Of a DNA stretch of 64,000 nt, positions 27,780 through 41,619 are shown in pieces. The stretch is taken from NCBI GenBank assembly GCA_030704615.1, contig CM060733.1, positions 10,974,001-11,038,000 of the forward strand, read 5' to 3'. How positions within the stretch are numbered: position 1 is the first letter of the stretch; every line of letters starts with the position of its first letter. The stretch is from Takakia lepidozioides (taxonomy: Eukaryota; Plantae; Bryophyta). The notes below the pieces were generated by a model, which saw only the letters and a program-made list of their open reading frames with translations, was not told the DNA's origin and searched no databases. The translations under genes were made by a program, and so were the position numbers.

Positions 27780-29110
27780 CTCATTCAACTAATGAACGCA
27801 ACTACGTGTCCTACAGACAGAAAACTGTGTTTCGCCTCCACATGATTTTTTTTTTTAGTTCCATTGTCCAACCATAGCGTGTGCAATGTGCGTGCAAAAT
27901 TTCGCAACAAAAAAAAATCATTTGGACCCAAAACCATATATTTCTTCTCTCATTTGCTTTCCAAGATTAAGTTCTCTTCAACTTCATGCACTTTTCATAG
28001 AGAGTTCTGCAATAGTGACCTAAGAAACAACATTTTTTTTTTTTTGGGTCCAATCTTTTGCATGGATGTAGTAGTCCAAAGTCTGAAATCATAGAGCAAA
28101 ATAGAGCCAAAAATAAAATCATTACGCCCCTCAAATCCGCAATCCTAGATATTCTAATTTATTTAAAATTCATTAAAATTCGATTTAATAAAAAATGGTT
28201 CTATTAGTGACTCCGTGGGGGTCGCTACTACTATCAGCGCCTTCCCTGAGGTCGCTTCAAGTCCCTAAACAATAACCCGACGTTGTTAACAGCGACCCCT
28301 AGGCCGCCACTGTCAGAATTTTTTGTCCATATATTTTGGGGGTGCTATCAGCGCCTTCTTGGGGGTCGCTTCAACTTCCTAGCAATAACCCGACGCTGCT
28401 TAACAGCGACCCATGTGGGGTCGCTGTGAGTATTTTTGCAAAATACTTTTGGGTTGCTATCAGCGCCTCCCTGAGGGTCAGTACATGTCCCTATGCTAAT
28501 TACCCGACGCTGTATAACAGCGCCCCCTAGGGAGACTGTTGTTGCGTGTTGTTGTTGTTTTTTTTTTTGGGTTCATGTTTGTGTAGGGTGCTACCAACGA
28601 CTCCTTGGGCGTCGGTTCGAGCTGCCAAATATATATTGGGGTGCGCGTAGCGACTGCTTAGGGGTCGTAGTCAGCTGTTTAGTTATTTGTTAATAGCGAC
28701 TGTAGAGAAGTCGGCAGGATACCGTCCATTCAGGGGTCGGTTACGGGTCTCTTGCTCAAAAATCAGACTTTAAATTGAAATTAAATCATTAAAAATCAAA
28801 ATCAGAACTTTAATAATCAAATTTCCCCGTTAAAGCGACGCCCAGTACGACGGTAGACAGTGTTAAAAATATATTTGGTTGGCCCGAATGTCGTTTGGGG
28901 GGGAAAACCCCTAATCCGACCCCAGAGGGGTCGGATGGGGACCGTCGGCAGGGGCGTCACAGGAAGAAACCGACGGGAAATCAACCCCGCAGTATTAGCG
29001 ACGCCAGGGGGGTCGGTCCCAATGACTTAGTCATTTTGGGATCCTCATTTTGCTGGGATTTCAGTATAGCAACCCCTCAGGGGTCAGTATAATACCGACC
29101 CCTCAATAGC
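27780..29110. repeat. Right arm of the long inverted repeat / CACTA subterminal repeats
   Basis: For example 28195-28300 is the near-exact reverse complement of ~25030-25140. Confidence 0.85.
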
Positions 29111-29499
29111 GACCCTCTTGGCGGTAATCTTGTGCTTGAAATCTGGCCCTCTTGGATGAATCTGGACCCACACTCTATCTCTGCTCCTTCAGGTATCCAT
29201 GCCTCTGCACAAATCATGCATTCATAATTGCCTTGCTGCTAGCAGCTAACAACGACCTAGATTTGTTCTAGGAAACTCCCCAACGAGCTAACTTACAACA
29301 TTCAATATGCATCTCAGGGCCGAGTTTGATGAGAGGGCAAAACAGGTTGAAATAGGTGGAAGAAGAAGGTGCCCTCACCACATTGTCCTCGACCTTGTGT
29401 CATGACCCATGGAGGATTTGACTTGACCATGAATCCAAGAAGACCTCTTGTATGTGCTGCTTGCGTCTGTAGTCAGGTAATGTCGAATTGGTTTGTGAG

Positions 29500-31840
29500 A
29501 ACCACCACGGTGCAGCTGAGCGGGCAGAGATTTGAAACTGAAGAGTTTAAGAGGAGCTTTGCTGATCATAGTGTTTACTATAAGAGGACTCATGGAAACT
29601 CTTGTGTGATCATAACATTGTACGTTGATGATCTGATCTTGGTCTCTAATGACTTGGTTTTGTTGAAACACATACAGAATGATATCTCAAAGGAGTTTGA
29701 GATAGTCGTTGTGGAGGTTGAGTTTTCCATGAGCAGAACTCCATGAGCAGTAAGCAGGTTTTGCCGAATAGTGCCGAACTTAAGGGAATATTCATGGAAT
29801 ATATCAAATATCCAAAGAATATTCTTTCGAACCAGTGCCAAACCTATGTGGAGGAATATTTTATCAAGGAATATTCTTCCAAACCTGTGCCGAGCCTATG
29901 CCGAACCAGTTCGGACCACCTTCGAACCTATGGCACTGTTCGGCGCCGAACAGTGCCGGCACCTACGTTTTCTGAAAAACAATTTTTTATTTTTTTATTT
30001 TTTATTTTTTTAATAATAAATTTTAGTGTATGAAATGGTGTTCGGTGCCAAACCTTCAATATTTAAGGGGTTATATGCAATATAAATTTAGTAAAAATCT
30101 CATAAGGAATACAAAATAGAAATATTCTATAAACCGAACCTATCCCGAACTTATCCCAAACCTGGAAGTGGTTCGGCAAACAGGTCGGGGCAGTTCGGTG
30201 ACGTTCGGCAAAACTTGCTCACTGCTCACTGCTCATGGATTTTCAGCCCCCGTCGTTGTGTGGTCATAACAGTGTATGTTGATGATCTGATCTTGGTCTT
30301 TAATGACTTAGCTCTGTTGATACACATACAGAGTGGTATTTCAAAAGAGTTTGAGATAGTGGATCTGAAAGAAATCATGTGATCATATATTGATTAGGCT
30401 TTGTTGAAAAAGACAAAGTGATATCTCAAAGAGGTTTGAGATGGTGGATTTGAAAGAGATCCTATGATCATGTGTTGATAAGGCTTTGTTGAAAAAGACA
30501 AAGTGATATCTCAAAGAGGTTTGAGATGGTGGATCTGAAAGAGATCTAGTACTGCTTGGGGGTATCGGTATCTCGTATTCGACAAGACCGAGCGATTTAC
30601 CTGAATCAGCATAAGTATCTTGAAGATATCTTAAGGCGCTTTGGTATGGCTGAAAGCATGCCGGTAAATACCCCGTTTGTCCCAAATTGCAAACTCTCAA
30701 AGGAGATGAGTCCTAAGAGTGTTGCAGACTTGGAGACAATGAGAGATGTTCTCTATCAGAGTGTTGTGGGAAGTTTCATGTATGCAATGGTTGTACTAGG
30801 CCAGATATTGCACAAGCAGTGGGGGTCATAAGCCAATTTGTGGCTAACCCTGGGCAACTTCATTGGGTTGCAGTAAAACAGATTTTCCGTTATCTGAGAG
30901 ACACACTGGACTTTGGTTTATGCTTGAGAAAGAATAATGATAATGTTCAATTGGATCAAGTGGGTTCATATGATATCTCAGATAATGCTTCCAAAAGCAC
31001 AGAGTTATACGACTACTGTGATACAGATTGGGCTGGTAATGTTGATGACTGTCATTCTACATCTGGCTATGTTTTTATGCTAACAAATGGAGCTGTTAGC
31101 TGGAGCAGCAAGAAACAATCTACAATTGCTATGTCCTCAACTGAGGCAGAATATATGGCTGAATCTCAAGCTACAAGGCAAGCATTATGGTTATCATCAT
31201 TTCTATTTAGTATTGGTCGTCCACAGAGGGATACCATGGTCATATATGATGACAACCAAGGGTGTATTGTTCTCTCGAAGAATCCAACGTTTCATGCTCG
31301 AACAAAGCATATTGAGATTCATCATCATCTCGTACGAGAGAAGATTGAGCAGAAATTGTCAAACTGATATATTGCAACAGCAACAACATGGTTGCAGATA
31401 TACTGACAAAATGACTTAGTGCTGAAAATTGAGGCTTGATGTGAGTAAGTTAAGTGTTTCACTTGGTAACTCGTTGAGTGGGGGTGTTGGAAATCAACTC
31501 ATTACCAAGTTTTTGCTACTCAAAGTTACTGTGATGACAAGTCAGACTGCAATAATAATAGTGTTGACAAGTCACAGTTAACAAAACATTAGCCTCAGTT
31601 AGCTAAAGTTAGCTTCAGTTATTAGTGAGTAAGTCAGTGTACCAGAATAGCAGGTGGAGATAACTTAAGTAAAAGCATGGAGTTATGCTATAGTTATCTC
31701 AGCTATTCCTGGATTAGACTTTGAGTATAAATAGGAAGAGCTCGGAGGGTGGACACAGAGCTTGTTGGGTCCTATGGTTGGGTGGAGAGTTCTCAGTAAT
31801 CAATTCATTTTTTATCTCTATTCTCTGTCGAATTCCAACA
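29500..31840 (+). mobile_element. Ty1/Copia LTR retrotransposon 3' part: RT, RNase H, PPT and 3' LTR (31485-31840)
   Basis: LYVDDL, YQSVVGS.MYAM, D.DWAG, SWSSKKQ..IA.SSTEAEY, DNQG, HARTKHIEI. PPT gagtggggg, then LTR tgttggaa...ttccaaca. The YVDD segment is locally duplicated. Confidence 0.92.
29727..30238. mobile_element. MITE inserted in the Copia RT
   Basis: Termini ccatgagcag..gcaggttttgccgaa / ttcggcaaaacttgc..ctgctcatgg, internal ccgaac repeats and an AT-rich core. No exact TSD seen. Confidence 0.7.
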
Positions 31841-33005
31841 ATCATGAGTCAGAATTATAAATTATATTATATTATATAAAAGTATATGATAAATAATAAT
31901 ATAAACCTTAAAAGTATATGAATTTTAAAAAAATTGTGATTTTGTAACGTAAATATTAGTGGATGTGAAATGATATATAAAATTGGTGGATCTAAGGAGA
32001 TCTGAAGGGATCTAAGATCTGAAAAAAATTACATATAGTTTTTTTCTTAAAAATTCTTCATTTGCAACTTAGTTGTTTTAAAAAAGTTAGTTCTTGATTT
32101 GTATATAAAATGATGGATCTACCTGAAGGGATCTGAGATCTGAAAAAAACTAAGGCTTTTGAAAAGTTGGAAAAATGTGGTCATTACTACACAGGGAAAC
32201 TTATTTAATGATTAAATATCTAAAATAAAAAATCACCTACATTCATTTAAAATTATGTAGAGTCTGTCGAGTAGCTCCTGCTCTAAGGGCGAGATACCAC
32301 TGATGTTGTTGTGGTGAGGGGTAACCACGATGACTCGCCACGTAGCTCAAAGTCAGGCTTGCTACACTACTTAGTGTAGATTGTAGGGTTTTTGCAAGTG
32401 ATAAAAAGCATACCTAGGTGCTTGGTTGTCTCGGAGAAGACAACGTTGCAAAAGTGAGTGTGGGTGATATTCCCTGGGCCGAAGAGACTGTGAAGCTTGG
32501 CCAGGATGGCTTGCTGAGGGTGCAGCATACTCAGATTTTTGGCAACGGTTGTGAGCGCGTTGCGCTCAGCGATGGTGTTTGTATTAGCTCCACGGGTGCC
32601 TGCTTTCCCCTGCTTTTTGATTCTGATGCGTGGTTTGATGAGCACGTTATCAATGCGGACTCCTAGCTCCATAATTCGTGTTTTGGTGTCCTCCATAGCC
32701 ACATTGATGAAGCCGAAGGATGATTCGGGATTGGGCTTGGTCACATGAAGTATCTTGAAATTGTCACCATGATCAAAGGTCTTGGTGATAAACATTTTGT
32801 GCGTTGAGTAATGCTCCTATCAAGTTTTTTAATGTCCGGGAGAGAGAAAGGAGCAGCGTGGAAAGAGTATTGGACTTGATTTTCTCAGGATTGCATCATC
32901 TTTTCATGATTTCTGTCTTTTTGTGAAATCTTCATCCTTCCTCCTATAATCCCAGTCTCGTGTAAGCGGCGCCCCTACCCAGTCCTCTCCTAGGAATGAC
33001 GGCTA

Positions 33006-35384
33006 ATGAATAGTTTGGCCAGCTATTTTGCCGCCACTTTTACCTCATGGCTTTCTGACATTTGTCCCCACTCTCTCCCTCTCTCCCTCTTTTTCCTTTC
33101 TCAGCTAAATTCTCTACGTACTAGTTCCTCGCCTCCTCGCGCTTTCGTTTTGCGTTCTTCTCTTCTGTTTGCTGGTGTTTTGCTTTCAGTACGATCATTT
33201 CCTTTCCTCTGCATTATGGGTCCCAACGGATATGTCGCTCCTACATCGAAGGATAGTGCAGGGATTCGTCACCCCTTCGCCCCTACGCAAAGGCAGCACA
33301 GGAGCTTCGCTACCTCATCAGGTACAGGGTTCTTTCTGGCTCATCAAGCGCTATTGAGGTATGCTGGAGGGGCTGAAGTAATGAGACACCCATCCCCCAG
33401 GCCTTCATCCTCTTATGTTGACACTCCATCCCCTCCCCTGCCCCTTCTAAAAATGCCGAGGCTAGATCCTGCATTGTTTGGAGGCCCTCCCCCATCTCCA
33501 CCAGCCGAAGACTACGCTGAGGAGACAGCTACCGAACAGGTAGCTATGAACAAGGACTTCCCACTGGCGGACATTAACCTTCCAGAGCTATACAAGAGAG
33601 TGGAAAAAATGGAGGAGCACAGTATTTTAATGCATTTTCCAGACAAGAAGGTGAACAGAGCACACGTCAGGGACTGGGCGACAATATACCTGGGAGGTAC
33701 AGGAGAGATTAAGCAATAATTCTGCCACTCCAAAGGGCGGGGGTTCTACTCCATCGTATTTGAAACAGAACAGGCAGCAGCTCAAGCACTCAAATTCAAC
33801 CCCCATACAAAGGGTTTTAATGTTAATATTTTCCCATGGAACTCCAACCTGGGCAATAGGAATGGGAAACTCTGGGGACCAAGAATAGTTTCACTGCCAT
33901 TTATCCCTTACCAGTACTTTGTTAACCTGCCAGACATTGCCAAGCTTTTTGGGTTCTATCTAGGCTGTTTAGCAGTTTTTGACCCACAGATGGACACAGA
34001 ATACTCGGGGCAAGATCCGGCGTGGAAAGGAGTGACCATAGCATCCAGGCTCTATGAGACAGGCTCTGCAAAAATGGTCCTTACTATGCCAAATGAAGAC
34101 ATCCTCCCAGAATATGTCAGACTCTCTATAGACGACAACAGGAACTACTACACTATTCGCCTCATTGAAGACTGCTCCTCATCAGCGTGCTTCAACTGTG
34201 GACAAATAGGGCATATTAAGGTTAATTGCCCTACAGGAAAGAGGAAACACTCGCCCATCACACGTCCCAGATCCAGCAACTCTGTGTCTTCTCCACAAGG
34301 CAGCACTGCTCCTGTTCAGGACCACTTCAACAATAGAGCCCAGCTTCCAAGACAACATTCTCAAATTCAGCAACCAGCTGCCACCCCTGTTGATCACCTG
34401 CAGTTCATTAAAAAAAAAAAAAAACATTCAAAACCTCGTGGATGGAAGCAGGCACAAGCACCCACAATCACACGAAGGGGCACAAGGACAAAGGCAAAAC
34501 CAAAGTGCAGAATCAATCACCCCCTTCTGCCCCCAAAGGCCATCCTTCAATGATGGTGCAATCACCCAAAATTCTTACCGGAATCGCCAATAATCCGACC
34601 TTTGCAAAGATCTGTCTTAAACAAATCTTATTTCCAAGGTGGATTTAAAAGGCTGTTCGGCCTTGCAAACCTTTGGCGAGCCATCTGCAGTATGCATCAC
34701 TCCAATCATCTTCAGGCTAGGGAACTCTCCATCAATCCTCATCACCTCGGATGACTGGGAATGTGTTGAATCACTATGGAAGATGTAAGACAGTTCATGA
34801 GAACTTGTCCTCCCAATGGATGCCCTGATTCTATGATCAAAAACAATATCCAGGAGTTCTTCAGGGCCTACCAGCCACACTACCTTTTGACAAAAACCAC
34901 CAAAATCTATTGGGGGGCATACCTGGAAGAGCATCCAGGGTTAAGCTATAAGCCATCTACTCATGTGCTGGCTATGTTGGATCATCTTGACCCTCAAGAT
35001 GGGTGATCTATGGGTTCATGAACTCGGTCTTGACACTCCATGCGGAGGTCGCAAACTCCAAATCAGAAATCAGGACACCCTTATCAATGCATTCCAGATC
35101 CTAGGGGCAATAATCGAAGCAGAGATTGACGATGACACATGTAGAATGGAACTTCAAAGAACGAGGGACCATCTGGCGGGTGTCAAACCACCATCATCGG
35201 GATCTTCCTTAGATGAAGAACCTCTCGCAGACCTTCAGGCTCAACACATACAAGATAAAGCCCTGGCTGCCATGACGAATGAGCTGCATATCTCCCCCCA
35301 ACTCAGCAACAGCTTCAACAACATTATGCCTCAAGTAGGACACGATACCCCTCTCTGCGTCACTGAGTCAACAAACCTACAAAT
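33006..35384 (+). mobile_element. L1-type LINE ORF1 (DUF4283-like region + CCHC zinc knuckle), decayed
   Basis: HSILMHF...VRDWA, KGRGFYSIVFE, IFPWN; CFNCGQIGHIKVNC. Confidence 0.8.
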
Positions 35385-35857
35385 CACTACAGGAAAAGGG
35401 GGGGTTTGCCATGCTGTAGCCATGCCGTGGCATCGTAAAACAGCCCTTTCCAGGCAGGGGGGAAAATCCAAATTTGCGACGCCCGGGCGTCGCAAGCCCG
35501 TAGCCACAAAAACATCGCAAATTTGCGACTAATGGGGGTCGCAAATAGGCGAAACCACGATTTGCAACGCCCGGGCGTCGAAAAAAAAAAAAAAACTGCA
35601 ATGCAGAATTAGTACCGTCCGGGGGTTGCAAAGTGCGTCGCCCGGACGTCACAATTTAAAGGGGTAAATTTGAATTTAGGCGGAAAATTTTGAATTTGAA
35701 ATTTAAATTTCAAAAACTTGACTCCGGCGTTGACCATTGACTCCGGTTCTGTCTAATGGCGATATGTTCATTGTTCTACATATATGATGCAATGCATATT
35801 TGAACTTAAGACCTATACATTAAAACATATCTAAGACACTACAAACTAACCAACACA
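35385..35857 (+). mobile_element. CACTA element left terminus; the remainder probably continues at 46170-46290 and the right TIR was not found
   Basis: Begins cactacaggaaaa, followed by palindromic subterminal units tttgcgacgcccgggcgtcgcaa. Confidence 0.7.
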
Positions 35858-36161
35858 CCCGGGGGGGTGCACTCTTTATAAACTGTGCGTATCACGTGCG
35901 TTCGTCGCCTAATAAAAAAACCCCCTATATACGGGTCTTTGGATAATTTATACCCCCTCTGTACATATTTTTTGAAGATTATAAAATCCCCTTCTGTAAA
36001 TATACAAAAATTTACAATTTTCGAAAAGTACCCCCTTCTGTATGTATATTCTCATTTTTCATCATTAAAAATAACCCTCCAATATGTATATGTATGTTTT
36101 TATATTATATCGAATTTATTCATTTAAAACATAATAAAATCTAACAAATTAATTAAAAAAA

Positions 36162-39100
36162 TTATTTGCCTTTGATAAAGTTGTCAAAGACTTTTCGGTC
36201 ATTTGCATCAAGAACATATGTGTTTGACTTGACATTGTACTTTAAACATGCTAACGCGATAATGGAATCCAAATCAACCATCATGTTATCCGTCAAATCG
36301 TACGTATAGACCCCTCCTCGAATTTTTTGGTACCATGCTAACCCAATCTCCACATGAGAAGGACGCTCCAATAAATCAACAGAATCCCTACATTCTACAA
36401 ACCGCTTATTGATTTTCTTCCGCATTCTTTGAACCCTGCCCAAATACCAAGTGCCTTTGGTTGCTCCTCTGCAGGTTTTCCGTGGTCTACCTTTCCTGTT
36501 TGTAGTTTGGATGGCAGTCTCTCCATCAACAAAAAATACAGCACAATCCGAACCCAATCCCAAGCTCGTGGCTTTGTTGCTGGTAGTTGGTTTGTTTTCT
36601 CGGCAAAACAACATCGATGCATTTCTTACTCGTGTCAATCTATTCTTGGATAGAGTAGGGTTGCCATTGAGTTGGCTAACCAAAGTGCTTTTGAATATGG
36701 TCTTCCCGTCTACTTTGACAAATGGAACCACTGCCTTCGATCCATCTTTCTCTTGTTCAAACTCATCAATGACAGCATCCAGAGTATGTCTCAATTCACT
36801 TTGAACAAGTACCTCTTCCGCATGATCATCCAAAGGTTGGCTCAAAACATCCTCCATTGAATTCGAAGGCCCGCACACCAATTCATCTTCCACGACCTCA
36901 TTTTGAATATGTGTGTCTGCATTAAGAGGACAAATAGAATCTATGGCATTGACATCATCACCCTCCTCTTCCATGCTTTTGAATAGCTCGACCTCCATTT
37001 GTCTCTCAATTGTCCATGGCTCATTCCACCAATCCAAGTTTGTTGCTTTGTTTGGTTTCATCCCAAAATTATGGCATAAAAGTTGCGCTTCTAGAAATCC
37101 AGTTTTCAAAGCCTCCACAATGCAATCATCCGATTGGACAGTAGAAAAGTCGGACAAATCAGCAAGGGGGATACCTGGCTTCTTCTCCAAAGAAGACCAT
37201 ATGTGTTCTTGTTTCTTGTGAGCTCTTGAGAACTTGGGTCCTTTTGGATTCGCCTCGAACTCGGATATGCGTGTTAATGCTCCCGCACTCTCAATCAAAT
37301 CACACCCGTCATATGTCCTCTCATTCCGTGGCATACCTCCCACTTTGCTGAAGAATATTTCATACACATCTGAACCAACAAGGCTCAAAGGAACTTGTAC
37401 ATGATTAAACTTATCCTTGAACAATTTGATAAGTAGAACCACGTAGTGGCATGAAATTTGTAAATCCAAGTATGTTTCCCTGCTAATGAAGAAGGATTTC
37501 AGATTATACACCTCGTGCTGGAATAGCCACAACTTCCACAATCTGAAAAAAAATGATACCTTCGCAGCAGATTGTACCCTCTCACACAATGACATATGAG
37601 GAGACAAAAAATGTCGATGTAGCATGAAATGATGTATAGGTAAATTTCAGTACCTTTGGTCCTCTCTCTTCGATGATTCACAGTTGATTGTAACTCCCTC
37701 AAACAAGCTTGCACCTTCCGAGATGCCAGTCGTTGAGCTGCTGCCCAATTATATCGATCTTCTCTTTTGATATCACATTCCCGAAGTCCATGCTTGTCCA
37801 CTGAAAATGAATGGTAGACCAATAACACATGATTCAATGTAGCAACCTCATCACCCAACACCAAAGTCCGTGATGCACTGTCCAAGGGATTTACCAATTT
37901 TTTCCCATTGTGGATGAAGTCCTGATCATGGAGTCCGTATATATCTCCCCCGTTGCACACTCGACCTGTAAACAACCATCCTTCCCAAGGGATGCAAAAT
38001 CTATTTCCAGCCCCATTGGCATAATCTTCTAACATCACTTTTCTCCTCCTACTATCTCCGTCTGAAGCATGCCCAATTATAGGCCCAACCACGTCCCTCA
38101 CATATTTGTCCCACAACTGTCTCACCACTTCCCATTGTGATCTCACAAAATTGTTGTCAAATTTTTTGAAATGAGCTGGATTACCAATACCAATCGAGGT
38201 AACCGTACATGTAGAGGATTTGCTATCAACACTCTAGCATAATGGGCAACCACATTGTTTTTGAATGCCTCCACAATATGTTGGTACCCTGATTCCCCTT
38301 CTCCCACTTGCACCACAAAATTTGAAATACATACATGGTTGTCTTGAAGCCCACAAAACCCGAGAAGGGTGTCATCCCTAGCAATCCAACGTACCAATCG
38401 CTTCACAACAGTTTCATCTTCGGCCACCATCACTGGGATGCTTCCCAATGGAATATTTGCATCTTCCATCACATCTCTGTAAATTCCAGCCACATGCTGA
38501 AATATATCATCCGTTTCTCCCGCTCTATACTTCAAACCTTTCCTCAAAGACCGTCTTGTAGTATCAATAGAAGGACCCCCCACATTTGAAGCCAAAAAAT
38601 GATGCAATCTCGGACCCCCCCAAAGCTGCACAGTCTCAAACATTGTTTTTGTGCTAGTACCATACCTCTTCCCTTGTGGAGACCTGTCAATATTCTTGCC
38701 CATATCAACAAGAAAATCCCACAAACTTTCTTTTCCTTCCCCTCCTATGTGCATCAACAATATCACGACAAAATTTGAGAACATCTCCTCTTTCAATTGC
38801 CTCAATCCCAGACTCCTTCAAACTCCTACATCGCACAGACAATGATGCCACTTTGGTCCTGGCCTCCCACAATTTGAACCTCAACTGCCTCAACTCCTGT
38901 CTGTTTTTGTAAACTTGTTTGACAATCTCCGCATTTCCAAGATATGACAACCTTCTTTCCTTGCCAGTATCTCTCTCCCCTCTACATTCCATGGCACCTC
39001 TTTCTCTATATACCCTTATTCTGAAGTCATTTTCCAAGGGAATGGAAGAACATGCTGAACATCTCAAGTTTGGAAATGGCTCCCCATCCAATGACACTCT

Positions 39101-40575
39101 AAAACAATCCGCGTGCCGAAACGTACCAACAACCTTATGCTCTTGATTGTTTAGAGTGATGGTTGCATTTGTCAATGGCTCGACATACCACTTCTTTCCT
39201 CCCTTGCTATCTTGAAGGAATGGTTTCAGACTTATTCTCTGCTGGTTGTACTCCCACCATTCATCCCATAGGCCCCAACACAAACTGTCTCTTCCTTTGT
39301 TGCATTGGGACCTTTGCTGTAATTGTCAATCCTCGATCAGATCTCCCCGTTGGGCAGCGTCAACACAAGCGTATGGAGTTTGTGATGATGATGCTCCCAT
39401 TGTTGATGCCACAATTGGATTGTCAAGTGGTGGGGACGGCAACACAGGTTGACTGACCAAGAAAGAGCTTAGATCCCGTTGCTTTACATCTTTGGCAATC
39501 ATAGGCTTTGGAGGCCTTCCTCTCTTTTTGCAAGGTCCTTCACTACTTCCAACCTTCTGGCAAATCTCTGCATCGACATGAGTTTTTCCTTTCACATGCT
39601 CTGTCAAAGAGATTGCAAAGAACCTGTCCTTGGAAACAAGAGTAGCCACTTCGAATCCAGTGGGCACCTAATCCTTATGGAACCCAACTGCGAATAGTCT
39701 CCAATTGTGGCTTCCACAATCTCAAATCTGTTTCCAGGATTGTCCTCACAAAACCGAGCGACTTCCTCTAATGCCTCCTTCACCCTGTTCTTCTTTGCGT
39801 CTAATGCTTCATCTGCATTTACAGGGCTGATGACACATTGTGATGAACCCTTCCCATGACGCCTCTCATAGGCTATGCGATGCCCCTCACTCCTCAAATG
39901 AGATCTCATAAAGTTTGCACATGCATCATATGGTTTGTTTTTCCCAGACCGTGCATAAACATCCTCACACTCAACACACCATATGTGGAACATTGCTTGT
40001 CCTTGTTGATCCTTTGTCATCAGCTCAAACTTGTCACATCGTCCTTCTGCAGAGATTTTCCTTTCAACGGCTCTAATCTCTTTCTGCCATTTTTGAATAT
40101 CGTTGGATGTAGCCAACGTGCTGCACAATCTACCAGATCTCTGCTGAAGTGCATGCTCATGTGCATGGTCTTCATTTCCACCATCGCCAGCAAAGGGTGT
40201 ATCAGGGTCCATCCTCATCTTGGTAGACACTGGTGTCGGGTCCTCGCCTGGTCTGTCCTCATGCAAGATCGTAGAACCACTGGAAGATAGAGGTCTTTTC
40301 AATCCTTGGTCCCCATCATTTTGGTCTGAAATCTTAATGTGTACAGTATCCCCTTTCAGAACCATCCTCTCTTCTTGCTTGGCTGAAAGGACACTACCCC
40401 CCATGGAAAGGAAATGAAATTTTGCTGAGACAAGCTCATCACCTATAATTTCTGCTCGGATGCATTTGTATGTGACACCTTGCATAGTGAACACAGAACC
40501 AAGCTTGTTTGGTGATGCATCTCCTCCAACAAGCAGGACTTTGACTTCCAACTCTTCTTCCATGATGAGTTCACC
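36162..40575 (-). pseudogene. P-superfamily-like (THAP9/P-type core) transposase, frameshifted
   Basis: Consecutive ORFs give VAEDET...LLGFCG, GHASDGDSRRR, DQDFIHNGKKLVNPL, DR.NWAAAQRL, T.GT..YL and GSDVYEIFFSKVGG. These parallel the P transposase D(E), sDg, D..H..K..N and D..E..F motifs. N-terminal Cys/His zinc-finger-like motifs are present. Confidence 0.75.
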
Positions 40576-41619
40576 TGCAAAATGCAATGAAAACATTTCA
40601 AATCAGACCTTGATAGACCAATAACAAAGCACCCGGGTTGGAAGGTTCCAAAGTCCTGTTTTATACAACCCTATAGGCTGCCCAAGTAGGAACTACGTTC
40701 ATAAGAGGATGAAATGTATACAGAAGCAAGTACCTGATTGATGAGTTTGATGTTGTTAATTTTTGCTGCTGCTATTGACCAAATGCTGCTACTACTACCA
40801 CTGCTAGTAGCCCTCTTGGGTGATCCTGAACCCACAGTCCATCCTTGCATCAGCGGCTAGCCCTCCCTCCACACTAACATATTTAAATACAAAGTTCTGT
40901 CAAACTCCCTACGATGTTGCATGAAGAAAGCTCACCTTGTTGACAATATTGTCCCACCGCTGTGGATCAAATTTATAGAACTCCTGCCAGCACTGTTCCT
41001 TGCTCCAAATCTGGCCCTCTTGGATGATTTTGCACCCACGATCCTCTCCCTGCATCACAGCTACCCCTCCCTCCACACTACCAATGCGTACATCATGCCT
41101 CTGCAGCTACTACTGTGGCTTCCAGTTGACCATCTACCCATCCAGGTTTCTTGTAGCTATCATTCCACATGGAATCATAGGTAATCTGGAGCTTGGAATC
41201 CGCCATCTGGAAATCTAGGGACGACTCTGATAATAGGGAAAACAGGCTGAAATGTGTTGAAGAAGGTACTTTCATTAGCAGTCCCTTGTTCTATCTATTA
41301 TCTTTTTTTAGGTACTGTCATGTTACCACCTCGGCAGCAACTTGCAAAGTCACTCTAGAGCACCGCAGATCCACCCAACGAGCTAACTTACAGAATTCAA
41401 TACATATGCTTCAGGGCTGAGTCTGATGAGAGGGAAAAACAGGCTGAAACAGGTCAAACCAGAAGGTGCCCTCAGGCTGAAATACGTTGAAGAAGGTACC
41501 TTTCATCAGCAGTGCCTTGCTTTATCAATTGCGCTGTTGCCGCTGCTGTTTCCAGTTGACCATCCACCCACATTGTCCCACCATTGACTGGGGTCAGAAA
41601 AGTGTCTCATTCCAAAGCT

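Noticed and set aside
32367-32795. 142-aa minus-strand ORF
   Set aside because: Possibly a retroelement ORF1 fragment, but no motif could be recognised with confidence.
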